In this document: one piece after another, positions 1-12,289 of the stretch
Layout: every line of letters starts with the position of its first letter
Numbering within the stretch: position 1 is the stretch's first letter
Assembly (NCBI RefSeq): GCF_001194135.2
Contig: NC_068983.1
Location: 60,680,985 to 60,744,984, forward strand
Origin: Octopus bimaculoides
Lineage: Eukaryota
DNA length: 64,000 nt
Direction of reading: 5' to 3'
Notes under the pieces: model-generated
The model's database searches: none
Told to the model about the DNA's origin: nothing
The model's input: the letters and a program-made list of their open reading frames with translations, nothing else
Position numbers and translations under genes: made by a program

Positions 1-2
1 AA

Positions 3-1234
3 TTGTGCAAATTTGACATTCATAAAAACAACTTACAGAATTTGCCAAATTCAATGGCAAATCTCAAAAAATTGAAAGAATTAGATTTATCCCAAAATCT
101 TTTTGAGCAGCTTCCTCCGGTTATATGCTCATTATGCAATACTAAATCCTTAAATTTTAGTAGAAACTTATTGACTTATATAATACCTTGCATGGATAAC
201 TTGAAGAACTTGCAAGAACTAAATGTCTCATACAATAACTTAATGTCAGTGTGTTTATCGATGAGCAAGTTAAAGAAGATGAAGTATCTAAATCTGAGTT
301 ACAATCAACTGACGGAAGTGCCAACATCTCTACAGCAGTTGCCATATCTGAGAATACTTCACATTCAAGGAAATAAAATTAAGCATGTACCAAATGGCTT
401 CACAAGTTTAATGTACCTGAATCTTTCTAACAATCAAATCTATAATTTCACAATAGGGAAAATGAAAAATTTGTTATCATTGAACATCAGTCACAACAGA
501 TTGAGTCAATTACCTCACGGCTTCTATCAACTGAAACGACTAGAACATCTGATTGTTAATGACAATCAGATAAAGTCCATACCTTATGAAATAGTAAGAC
601 TAAAACATCTACGCACACTGGATATTAGCAACAATAGGTTAACAAGTGTACCGCCATATATTCCTCAAATTACAAGTTTGGAATATTTCAATACAGAAAA
701 CTGTAACGGTGAACAAGAGACAAACTCACAAAGAAACGAATTAATCACAGCAAAGAAACACTTTATGAAAAAACACGAAAGCAATTTAATTCAGAAGAAG
801 AGCCTTGAAGCTAAATCTCCGAAGCAATATTCCTCAATGAAAAGTTTTACTGGTGATAATCAATATACAAAAAGAAAACAGTGCAAACGTCTCCAATGCC
901 AGACGGGGACATTGTTGAAGAACACTGCTTTATTACAATATGACACAACACATTACACAATGCCATCATATAAGGCTCAGGCATGGAATAACACGGATGC
1001 CAACTCAATATCAAATGTATCCAATCAAAGGCAAATCTTAAACAGAGGAAACCAATGGCTCCATGCTTACTCTAAAAGCACAGACAGCAAACGAAACCTT
1101 CATACAAGTGACAGCACAAGTGGTTTTGCAGATGAGATTGAAGTCAGTATTGCTAGTGATGTCTCTTCAAACGATCCAACAATAATGACCATTCATGACT
1201 GGTTGGAACCAGAACAACACAGGGATACTAACTG
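3..1234 (+). CDS. LRR + ZU5 protein (PIDD1/LRRD1-like architecture), first visible exon, open at the window edge; tandem LRRs then a Ser/Thr/Asn-rich linker
   Basis: Repeated LxxLxLSxNxLxxLP motifs over roughly the first 225 codons. The ORF ends at AACTG|GTGAGT, a phase-2 donor. Confidence 0.9.
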
Positions 1235-1510
1235 GTGAGTACAACAGATATTATAAACACAAATTTTTCTGATAATTAGAACATAATTACATTTCTAGAT
1301 TAGTTTCAGAAAAATATAACTTGAAGGTGAAAAAAAATAATTATAAGCATTGTAGGTGCAGTTGTGTAGTAAGAAGCTTGTTTATCAACCTGGTTCTGGG
1401 TTCAGTCTCACTGCGTGGCACCTTGAGCAAGTATCTTCTACTAGTTTTGGGCTGGCTAAAGCCTTGTGAATGGACTTAATAGATGGAAACTGAAAGAAGC
1501 CCATCGCACG

Positions 1511-1544
<34 letters not shown>

Positions 1545-2719
1545 CACATACATATATATAAATAAAGAACACCTCTCAAGCATTGGGCTTCACGGAGGCA
1601 ATGACCAAGACCTTTGGCATTATGTCGTGCTTGAGAAGACCCATCAAGCCAAGCAAAATCCCAGCTGCGGCAGATACCAGTGTCACGCAAATTGGCACCC
1701 ATGCTGGTGGCACCTAAAAGCACCCCAGTGTCAAGCAAATGGCACATAAAAGCACCCATTACACTCTTGGAGTGATTGGCGTTAGGAAGGGCATCCAGCT
1801 GCAGAAAACCATGTGAAATTGGACTGGAGGTTGGTGCAGCCTTCCAGTATGCCAGCCCAGTCAAACTGTCCAACCCATGCCAGCAGGGACAACAGCATGG
1901 ATGATAGGTGTGATTGCCTTTGTGTCTGTGTTTGTCCCCCACAACTGTTTGGTAATCAGTGTTAGTTTGTTTACACCCCTGTAACTCACAGACTGATAGA
2001 ATAACTACCAAGTTTAAAAAAAAAAAATAAAGTACTAATGTTGATTTGTTGGACAAAAAATTTTCAAGGCGGTGACCCAGCATGGGTGCAGTCTGACTGA
2101 AGCAAGTAAAAGATAAAGATTTCCACTGAAATTTATTTGAGAAAAGTTGGATAAAGTATGTTTCATTTAAAATGGAAATCTTGGAGCAGAGAGACATATT
2201 GGAAGGAGAAAAAAAAAACTGGTACTACGTTGATTATGATGACAAGTGTTCCTGTTGATTTGATCAACAGAACAGCCTGCTTGTCAAATAATTAACAGGC
2301 AAGTGGCTGGGTACTCCACGGACATATGTACCCTTGATATAGTTCTCAAGGAGATTCAGTGTGACACAGAATGTGATGAGGCCGGTCATTTGAAATACAA
2401 TTCATTTCTTCTAGCTGAGTGGACAGGAGCAATGTAAAATAAAGTGACTTGCTCAGGGACACAACATACTGCTGGGGATTGAACTCATGATCTTACAATC
2501 GTGAGCCGAATACCCTAACCCAGCATTTCTCAACTGGGATTCCCCCGGAAAGCTAGGATTCCGCAAGAAAGAGTGAGATAGCTAATGCTAATTTCATGAT
2601 TGTAATATTACTATATATGCACAACATATCATTGGTTATTGTAATATAGACATCATCCTATCTAACCTATTATGTTGTCAAAAATATATAACAACCATAT
2701 ATATATATAGGTATATATA

Positions 2720-2794
<75 letters not shown>

Positions 2795-3059
2795 ATATTT
2801 ACCACTTGAACTACGATGAAAAATATATGAAAAAGTTATGGTATAGAATTTTTTTTTGTGTAGGGGTTCCTTGAGAGATGTAATTTATTTTAAGGGTTAC
2901 ACAAGAGTAAAAAGGTTGAGAAACACTGCCCTGGCCACCAAGTCATGAGCCTTCATCTATATTAGAAGTGAGAAACTGAAAGACATAAGAAAATAACTCT
3001 TTAACCAAACTATTTTAAATGGGCTAAAAGCAAAACATGAAACATAAATTACATTGCAG

Positions 3060-3282
3060 GCCGACAGTCCAATTCAACTTTGATGAAACTATTTCATGTG
3101 GCTGTAGTGATTCTAATGCAACAACGGCTAATCCAAGAGCACACGGTCTGGTGAAGGTATTTAAAGAGATATTCAGCATAACACAGGACGGAGGAGAGTT
3201 TGTCTCCTCAGACAACTCTAACATATCTTTAAATATACCAAGTGATAATAATGTGGAACAACATCTACAGGTTATCATGCAG
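3060..3282 (+). CDS. LRR-ZU5 gene exon: start of ZU5-like domain (ITQDGGEFVS...ISLNIP)
   Basis: TTGCAG acceptor. TG+G gives Trp in frame with the previous exon. CAG|GTGAGT donor. Confidence 0.85.
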
Positions 3283-3779
3283 GTGAGTGAAAACATTTTA
3301 ATAGATTATGAAATTTCATTCAAAATCTTCCAAGTAATTTTTGAAATACATGAAATTTTGTGACTGTTTAAATAGATGCCAATAATCCATTATCTGGACA
3401 TTTCTACATGGATGGACTTGAGGAAAATTTCATTCTTCAGTTGTCTTTGTACTCAGATAATTCTCAAACAGCTTACACGACAGTGAATGATTAGTTAGAT
3501 TGCTAGACTAAGGCCATGCTACAGTATCACTTTCAAAGCTTTATTTTTTAGTCAATCAAATTGTTCCCAGAGATTATTTCAAGACTGGTACTTGTTCTAT
3601 CAGTTTCTGTCTTTGCTGAACCATTAAGTTATAAGGATGTAAAGAAACCTACACAACTTCCATCTACCAAATTTATTCACAAAATAATAATTGGTGGTTC
3701 AACCTAGACTTAAAAGATGAAATTATTTGCCCATTGAACCTATATTTTCTTTTCGATCATGGATAGAGTCAGCCCATAA

Positions 3780-3962
3780 CGTGCGCAATACAAGCATGTA
3801 CTGGACTCCGTAGTTTGTAAAAATGCATCTAAAATCCAATTTGTGCAAAGATGTTGCTATTTTCTTTTAGAATTAGCAGAGAACCTCAATGATTTCAGAT
3901 TAGGTTACATACAACAAGAAAAGCTTGAAAATGTTTCCCATGTCAGACAAGTAGATCATTAA
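3780..3962 (+). mobile_element. Possible P-element/THAP9-type transposase relic
   Basis: A stop-free 60-codon stretch, ...FLLELAENLNDFRLGYIQQEKLENVSHVRQ, resembles the LLGxFQxDxLExxFGxxRQ motif. Confidence 0.4.
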
Positions 3963-4229
3963 AGAATTATACTATCACTCAACTTAGCAGTTTGGCAAAA
4001 GTGACCCTGATAGAATAAGTGCTAGGCTGAAAAACAAAAAAAAAAAAAAAAAATGTACTGGGGTTGATTTGTTTAAAATCCTTCAGGGTGGTACACCAGC
4101 ATGGCTGCAGTCTAATGACTGAAACAAGCAAAAGATAAATTTGCCCTACTTTTTTTTTTTTTAAATTCATTCACAGTATGATGGAAAGATAAATGCAACA
4201 TCTGGGGATCATAAAAAAAAAAAAAAAGG

Positions 4230-4620
4230 AAGCTACTCAAATTCGAGGTTTTGTTTCCATACCTGGAATTTCTTCTCTAATTCTTCTATAGATTCAGCTA
4301 TAAGAACTAGATGATCAGCATATAGGAGTTCCCATCGACAGTAGGTCTTGAACTCCTCTCTGATGGCCTGTAAGACTATGAATGAGGATTGAACCTAAAT
4401 GGATTCCTGTCTTCATGCCAAATTAATTGCTCAATGTATTGCTGACTCACTTTACTAACTGCACACATATACATAGATTGTACAACCCTAACAAGCCATT
4501 TGTCTACACTTAGTTTCTTTAATGACCACCAGATTACAGAGCAATGGCATCCTATCAAAGGCCTTCACCAAGTCAAAAAAATGCTAGATATGGTGTCTCA
4601 CTTACCACATTTACAACAAA
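4230..4620 (-). mobile_element. RTE-like LINE RT fragment
   Basis: The minus strand encodes ELLYADHLVLIAESIEELEKKFQVWKQNLE, a degenerate YADD motif region. Confidence 0.75.
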
Positions 4621-5183
4621 TTAAGTGGTTCACAAACTAATCCTTCAAGCATATAACCACAGTGTTGATGGGTCAAGTTGGCTAGTGTACAAACATTACT
4701 AAATGTGAGTTGGTTTATAAACAAGAACCTCTCCAACAAGAATCCAGAATACCCAAGTTGTAATGTTCAGTTCCTCACAATAAGATGAAGATTGAATTGG
4801 CAATCCAGAGTATTTAAACAATAACAAATGATGATATATTTAGATTTCAAGATTTAATTCAGTTTAAATATTTTCTTCTCAAAAGGGTAGACTGCCAGAA
4901 GAGAATTCAAGACAATGTTTCATCAGAAATTTGAATTTAAAATATTTAAGGGGGGAAAAAAAAAACCCCCAGTATATAAATAGAAATCTAACTGAAGCAA
5001 TAATTTATATATATATAAAAGTAAAAAGTTTTCACAAGCAAATATCTCAATTGTGGACCTCAGAATGATAGAGTATAACTCCTGAAAGTACTTTATATTA
5101 CATTTGCTATCAACATTAGAGCAGCTGATAAACTGATTACGTGCGTGTCTTTTGCTTTCTTTTATTGTTGGTGATTAATACAG

Positions 5184-5470
5184 GTAATCAGTATCAGTGA
5201 AGATGCCATTCTATCAGCTCAAATCCAAGACCCTCTACTGAACAACATACTTTCCGTAAGTGTTATTGTGATGCTAACCCCCAACACTGACGTTCCATTT
5301 ACCATTCCTATAACCATCAACCTGCCAGCACCACCAACACTGGAAGATAACGAAGTCAGTGGCTGTTTGCATGTGCTGACAGCAAAGAATGACAATACAT
5401 GTACTCCTTTCTTTAGAAATTATACTCTTGAAAACGGATACATAACCTTGCAAACCTACCATTTAGCAGG
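5184..5470 (+). CDS. LRR-ZU5 gene exon: ZU5-like core (LSVSVIVMLTPNTDVPFTIPITINLP...YITLQTYHLA)
   Basis: ATACAG acceptor in phase 0, GG|GTGAGT donor. The S-x-V-x-L-x-P...F-x-x-P-I-T-I-x-L-P pattern is typical of ZU5. Confidence 0.85.
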
Positions 5471-6709
5471 GTGAGTGAACATTTCATTATTTATCATAAA
5501 TAAAAAACAATTTATAGACATTTAAACCATCCCCACCTCACAATTCAAAACAGTTTATATTAGTTTTCAAATTTTGGCAGAAGGCCAGCAAGTTCAGGGG
5601 AGTGGGGGTAAGATGATTACATTGACCCCAGTGCTCAACTGGTACTTATTTTATTGACCCAAAAAGGATGAAAGGCAACTTTGGTCGAATTTGAACTCAG
5701 AACATAAAGGCAGATGAAATGCCACTAAGCATTTTGCCTGGTGTGCTAACGATTCTGCCAGCTCGTTGCCTTACTCTCAATTTACATTGAGAATCATTCA
5801 TTTAAATCCTAAATTTAGAAGAAATGACTGACTGAAAAGAAAGGGACATTTAATCAGTTGGTAATTTCCATCTATAGGCTTACTTGAGTTAGAATATTTA
5901 ATACTAACTCACAACAACAATAATTAACCCATTTGTACTGAAATTTTTCTAGAGAATGAAATTGCCTGAAAATTCAAATACTATTATTTTGACCTAAATA
6001 ACTGAAAAAAATTTCCTTGAAACCCGTTTGATACCAACTGCATACACATTAAGAACACGTTTCATTCTTTGATACAGATCATATACAAATCACAATTAGT
6101 GTCAAGTATTTGTTTTATACCCTTATAAATTAAAGGTCAGTTTAAATGGACAATCGGCATGAATGGGTTAAGGTATTTTCTTTTGTTAAACTTACATTGC
6201 TGCAGTGATTAGCTTCTATTGCTAGATGTGATGTGTGCTTGCCTCTGAATGCATACCTCAGGTTATATAGCTTTGACACACTTCTGTTTTACTGTTCTAA
6301 CAAAGCTGAGAGGTATTAAGTCCCAACTCACAACACTTGCTTTATAATTGTACTCTGCTAACAAAACTAAGCCGACATTGGAAACCAAATCAGCAATTGG
6401 GAATTGTTACATTTCCTTTCTTTCTTTTAAGTTTTGATCGTTATAATTGGTGCACTGTAACAAAGCTATATGGGGAAAATTTATTGATTAACATTCTGAG
6501 CAGCTTTGCAACTAATTCTGAATAAATATTAGTTGAAATCCAGCTTAAGAGAGCAAGCTTACACATGTTCAACTAGGCATAAACATATAATGTTTCAGTG
6601 TCATTTAATTTTTTTCTAACAGAGCACATGTCTGGAAGAGTTTTTTTCTTTTTTTTTCTTCTTAAAGCAGGTCAAGCTGTAACCTGAAGATGATCTGAAA
6701 TTATTGCTA

Positions 6710-7150
6710 GATGTAGGACAGATTATTTTTTGAAGATGTAAGACAGATTATATTTTTTAAGATGTAGGACAGAGAATTTTTTTTAAGATGTAGGACAGAT
6801 TATTTTTGCAAGATGTAGGACAGATTATTTTTTTGAAGATGAAGGACGGATTATTTTTTTAAGATGTAAGACAGAGAATTTTTTTTAAGATGTAGGACAG
6901 ATTATTTTTGTAAGATGTAGGACAGATTATTTTTTTGAAGATGAAGGACGGATTATTTCTTTAAGATGTAGGACAGAGAATTTTTTTAAGATGTAGGACA
7001 GAGAATTTTTTTTAAGATGCAGGACAGATTATTTTTTTAAGATGTAGGACAGATTATTTTTTGAAGATGTAGGACAGATTATATTTTTAAGATGTAGGAC
7101 AGATTATTTTTTTTAAGATGTAGGACAAATTTATTTTTAAGATGTAGATT
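6710..7150. repeat. About 26-bp minisatellite, roughly 17 units (agatgtaggacagattatttttt)
   Basis: Seen directly as a tandem array. Confidence 0.95.
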
Positions 7151-8124
7151 TAAGAAGGTTATGACAGACAAAAAAAAGTATTCATATGAGATGAAAAGGA
7201 TTCTGGATACTATCTGATGTATGGATTTAGTGAAGAAGTAAATCAGTGGTTCTTCACCTTTTTTTGTGTAGCACCCCACTAAGTGGTGAGTGAGGTATCA
7301 TGACTAAACTAACTTCACATGGATGATAATTTATAAATTTTACTCTAAAAATGGATTGTATAAGCTTTTAACTGGGAAATGATAAAAAAATGATATAGAC
7401 AAAAGTTGAAAGTTTACTTTATACATTACAAATTAATGACTGCTCTGTGCTTGATGAGATCACATTTTGTGTTAATAACCATTGCTAGTTTTATCATGTA
7501 TAATATAATTATTTTAGGTAAAATTTAGTGTACAAATTATGTTACCTCACTGCCCACTAAAGCCTAATGCCTTCTTGAGGGCAATACTGCTCACATTGAG
7601 AATCTGTTAGACTCAACTGATGGCCACAGTGGAGTAACATGCCCACATCTAGGATAAAGGTACTACACACACACACACACACACACATATATCCTGGACT
7701 GCATTCAGAGAAGAGCTATCCACCTAATTGTTATTCAATTATTTACAGACATACTCCATCTTCTGGCCCACATGTGTGCTGCCTCCACTCTCTGTCTTTT
7801 CTAATGTCACTCTAATGCCTCTGTTCTTCTTCAGAGCTGGCTTGCCTCCTATCCTTGCCACTCAGGCACCCCTAACCTCTCATCACTCTTGCTGTATTCA
7901 TTCCACTTGGTCCTAACCATTATTTCTAGCCCTTTCTTCCCATAACATCAACCTTCTAAAATCTTGTTCTTGCTCATGTCATTATTTGATGATATGCTTC
8001 AAAAATTAACAACAATACAAAGATATGTGTAAAACTGAACAATCTACATAAAGCACAACAAAATGATATTAACTGATTCACACACCACAAGTTTATCAAT
8101 GTTGTTTTTGTGTGTTTTACACAG

Positions 8125-8209
8125 GAAAGTTGCAGTAATGACCAGATCAAAATGCCAATATAAGGCCTGTAAATGCACTGAAAGTCTGCTGATGATGATT
8201 TTGTCCTGA
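8125..8209 (+). CDS. LRR-ZU5 gene probable last coding exon (G-KVAVMTRSKCQYKACKCTESLLMMILS*)
   Basis: Polypyrimidine tract plus TTACACAG acceptor, phase-compatible (GG+G). TGA at 8207-8209 and AATAAA at 8309-8314. Confidence 0.7.
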
Positions 8210-8737
8210 AGATGGAAACACGAAGAACGGAAACTAAACTTAAGACAGAAGTCAGCTGAAGTTTTATTCTATTCAATTAAACTCTAAAGACACAAAATTT
8301 AGCAACAAAATAAATGCTTGTCTTTTTTTCTTTTAATTTAATTTTGTTGAATTTGTTTCAACAAAACCGTTCCCTCTACCAAATACAATTGATTGAAACT
8401 CACACAAGTTATAATGAGTAAGAAACCTGTTGATAATTAAAGATAATCACAATTTTGATTCGTTACATTGGTATTAGGCTCCAGGATTGAACAGGATGGT
8501 TATATATGATTGACACTAGGATATGTCAGGTACTTGTTGACCAGAAATAAATGAAAAGCAATGTCAGAAATTGATGAGATGGATTTTGAAATGGCTAAGA
8601 CTTATTTCTACCATAAAGAATATTCCCAAACACTATACATTTTGTAGAATACCAAAAAGGAATTTTCATACAGCAAACACAATATATAATCTTTATATAT
8701 ACATATATATATAATATAATAATCTTTATTGACTTAC

Positions 8738-8864
8738 CATTATAGAACAAGAAAGGAATCTCTAATGGTTCGATCTTTTCTTTAATGTTCTGTGCAGAGA
8801 CTGTGCAGGATAAAACATACTCAAAACCATCTTTTCCTGGTGTATTTTCTTGTAAGGTAATTTT
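8738..8864 (-). CDS. SMCHD1: SMCHD1 exon 40, last visible (KITLQENTPGKDGFEY...IEPLEIPFLFYN)
   Basis: 127 nt, TTCTAG acceptor and a strong phase-1 GTAAGT donor. Matches ESSPGRDSTEY...LPFMFYN, the segment just before the coiled coil. Confidence 0.94.
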
Positions 8865-10171
8865 CTAGAAAATTAAATGATACCATTTAGTACCAGAAGT
8901 TCAGGACAATGAAATAAGTCAAATATAATTTCTTAGATGAAAAAGATATCGAATAACCAAGACTAAAATCATGAGTATTTGTTATGACAAGAGAGAAAGT
9001 TAACCCTTTAGCATTCAGATTTCTCTGTCAAATGTAACGTTTGTTTATTCATATTGATTTGAACTTGTCATGCTTTACCTTGTGGCTTATGATGCGTTTA
9101 TTTCATCATCATTGTTTAATGTTCGCTTTCCATGCTGGCATGGGTTGGATGGTTTGATTGAGGACTGGCAAGCCAGGAAGCTGCACCAAGCTCCAATCTG
9201 ATCTGGCAAGGTTTCTACAGCTCCACTGTCTGTTCTGGGTGGATGGCCTTCCTAAAACCAACCATTTAACACACTGTACTGGGTGTTTTTTTTAGATGGC
9301 ACCAGCACCAGTGGGGTCACCAAGTACCCACAAGATCCCTAATCTGAGTTGGGTATAGACTGGAGAAAGAAACTATTATAGAGGGAGACGAGCAGGTGTC
9401 ATGCTGAAGAGGTGGGTGAATACATGGTTTGCCTACTAGGAAAGTGAGAAAGAAAGCAAAAAAGTGGTACATTTGTGTGAATCCATTGAAGAATTTTCTC
9501 TCTCTTTCTGGCAATGTCATGTTTTGTTTTTGCTGTTTCAACTCTTGCCAATAGACACTGGCAGATGGTTCTTTATTTTTGTTATGACAAATGAGACAAT
9601 TTGAGAGGTGAGGCCCCTACTGAAGATACTAATTTTATTGTCTAGTACCTGTTGCTAGGTCTGAAATTAGTAGAACAGATCTGTTGTATAACCTACGAGG
9701 ACGAAATACTGAAGGACAACCTCAGGATGCTGAACCTTTCAGATAAAATGACATAGGACCAAGATATCTGGTACCTTGCTGTACCCAAGAAGACCTGTCC
9801 AGCATGAGCCCTGTGTTGGTGCCACGTAAAAGTGCTTGTGCTGTGGCACATTAAAAGCACCTATCGCACACTGTAAAGTGGTTGGTGTTAGGAAGGGCAT
9901 CCAGCTGTAGAAACCTTGCTGGATCAGACTGGAATCTGGTGTAGCTCACCAGCTCCAGTGAAACCATCCAACCCATGCCAGCATGGAAAACGGACATCAA
10001 AGGATGATGATGATGATGATGAATGTTATTCTGAAATTTAGAATCAAAACAGGTCCTTATTTTAAAGATTATAATTTATTGTACTGAGCAGGTGAAACAA
10101 AGACTTAGAAGTTCTCCTGGTTTGTCAAGCTGAATTAGATTTTGAAAAACATTTCTGATTGAAGACTGTAC

Positions 10172-10321
10172 CTGTAAAAGGGCTCGCCCTTTGAGTAATG
10201 GAACCAAAAGCTGTTTTGAAGGCCCTACAAAAGCAGGTATTTCATCCACCTCATCTAGGGCTTTAACAACTATTTTGACCGACCCATCAAATTTTGGCTC
10301 TACTGGATTATCAAACTGGTC
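10172..10321 (-). CDS. SMCHD1: SMCHD1 exon 39 (DQFDNPV...EIPAFVG...KGRALLQ)
   Basis: 150 nt, TTTTAG/GTACAG boundaries. Confidence 0.93.
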
Positions 10322-10408
10322 CTAAAAAGATATCAAAATAATGTCAATAAATAACTTGGGATAATTAAGAAAATAAAACAAACTTTGAAGATAAAAAAAT
10401 TTACTTAC

Positions 10409-10540
10409 CCTGAGCTCAAGAAGAAGAGATTCAATTAGGCAACGACTGGTATTATTCTTGGAATTGCTCACTGTGGGAGTCCCTAGTGTCTCTAATGGCA
10501 CTAACTTGGTTGGCACACTGGGGAGCACAGTAAGTGAGAT
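10409..10540 (-). CDS. SMCHD1: SMCHD1 exon 38 (VLPSVPTKLVP...TPTVSNSKNNTSRCLI)
   Basis: 132 nt, TCCTAG/GTAAGT boundaries. Confidence 0.94.
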
Positions 10541-11189
10541 CTAGGAGAAAAATGGTTACAATGATATTATTAACTTCTTTATATGGAGATGCAACACAAC
10601 CATTACATACAATGGTCATTCCATGCATCCACACTTTACAAAAAGATAAAATCTGTTGGAATGTGCTTTTTATCTAAAAAAAACAAAACAAACAAAAGCT
10701 AAAACAAACAAAAAACCCACAAATAAAACAAACCATCTTTCACTTATTTAGAAAGAAATTACTGACAATAAACTATGTTAATCAAATATTTGAAAGTTGA
10801 GACATGACATAAATACCAAGAAATATTGAATTTCAAATTTTGGCACAAGGCCAACAATTGTGGGGGAGGGGATAAGTTGATTACATCGACCCCCAGTACT
10901 CAACTGGTACTTATTTTATCCACCTCAACAGGATGAAAGCAAAGTCAACCTTGCTGGAGTTTGAACTCAGAAAGTAAAGATGGACAAAATGCTGCTGAGT
11001 ATTTCGCCCAGTGTTCAAAAAACCCCTAAATTACAAAGAAATATTAAAATAACATTCCCAAAATATGCATGCATGTTTGTGTATCACATTTAATTTGAGC
11101 AGACGAGATAAATGTATAAATGATTGGTGTGGTTTGAACAAGTTTACTTAACGGGAAACAGCAATCATTTGCTAAATCCACACACAACT

Positions 11190-11786
11190 TTAACCCTTTC
11201 GTTACTATATTTCTAATTAAAACATAATCCTTATAACTTTCAATTAAATTCTAAAATAATCACGAATTTAGACTGGTTTCATTAAACAACTGTAACTTCT
11301 TTTTATTTATCGACATATTTGTGTAATTTTTGGAACACAATTGAAGAAAAGGTTCTTAATCAATTCTATTGCACAACTTTTGACTCAAAGTGACTAAGTT
11401 TGTTTCCATAGTGATTTCTTCAAACAAGCTTACATTTGCTTGATTTCTCCATATCTTCTGTTGAAAAGCCCTCAAATTCAGAATCACTGCTTGATAGCAT
11501 GAAACTGTTCTCCATTTTAAAAGTTGAAAAAAAAAAAAAATCGCCAAAGAAAAAATGGGGAAAAAAATCTCCCAAAATTTGCAGAGCTCAGATATCATGT
11601 CAAACAATGTTGGATACTGTAACTCGACTATTTACAAGGTGAAATCATGTGTTTTCATGAATGTACTAATGAAATTTATGCTGAAATTCACATTTAAATA
11701 TCAATGGGTTCGTTTGGCTAGCTTCGGTCAGGTTGGTCATCTAAGCCAAAAACTTTTTCAGACAAGTTGGTAACGAAGGGGTTAAA
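11190..11786. mobile_element. TTAA-flanked non-autonomous element, about 600 bp
   Basis: ttaaccctttcgttac...gtaacgaaggggttaa TIRs. Confidence 0.7.
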
Positions 11787-11856
11787 TTGGCTACAAAACC
11801 ACCCCCAAAGACCAGCAGATTTTACTCTAAATAAATAAATAAAAAGAGAAACTCAC

Positions 11857-11941
11857 CACTTCACTATCTACATTATATTTCCCATCATAATATACAAACA
11901 TAATACTGAACTTGCCAGCCAACTCTGGACAGCGTTTGTTG
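11857..11941 (-). CDS. SMCHD1: SMCHD1 exon 37 (NKRCPELAGKFSIMFVYYDGKYNVDSEV)
   Basis: 85 nt, TAACAG/GTGAGT boundaries, phase 2 to 0. Confidence 0.88.
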
Positions 11942-12118
11942 CTGTTAAATATAGGAAAAATAGAAAATAAATAATGTGTATTTTATAGAAGAGATCAAAG
12001 TAGAAGTGAGATTTATGAAATAAGAAACAAATAGGAAATTAAGCGAAATGTTCTTCCATGATGGATTATTGCTACAATGGAATCAATGGAACAACAAGAT
12101 ACTAAAATATCGTCATAC

Positions 12119-12174
12119 CTGAAAGTAAAGATTCCTTTCTCATTGTTCACGTTGTCAGGTGCATATGAAATTGC
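12119..12174 (-). CDS. SMCHD1: SMCHD1 exon 36 (AISYAPDNVNNEKGIFTF)
   Basis: 56 nt, TTTCAG/GTATGA boundaries, phase 0 to 2. Confidence 0.85.
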
Positions 12175-12289
12175 CTGAAAGTAATTTAGTGTGATAACAC
12201 ATCAAATAGAAAATCATATAAATGAATTTAACATTTAATCTGCATATGGCTGGTTACGTTCATCTTTTGAAAGTGTACTCTTTTACTTC

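Noticed and set aside
1385-2197. 270-aa minus-strand ORF
   Set aside because: It is a mosaic of SINE, LINE-tail and microsatellite sequence with no protein-family motif.
6710-7150. CRISPR-like regular repeat array
   Set aside because: The units are directly adjacent with no unique spacers, there are no cas genes, and the context is eukaryotic. It is a minisatellite.
8580-8737. Read-through of SMCHD1 exon 40 as a terminal exon, with AATAAA at 8725-8730 (minus strand)
   Set aside because: The hexamer precedes any stop codon and is common in AT-rich DNA. The read-through peptide is low-complexity and the GTAAGT donor is canonical.
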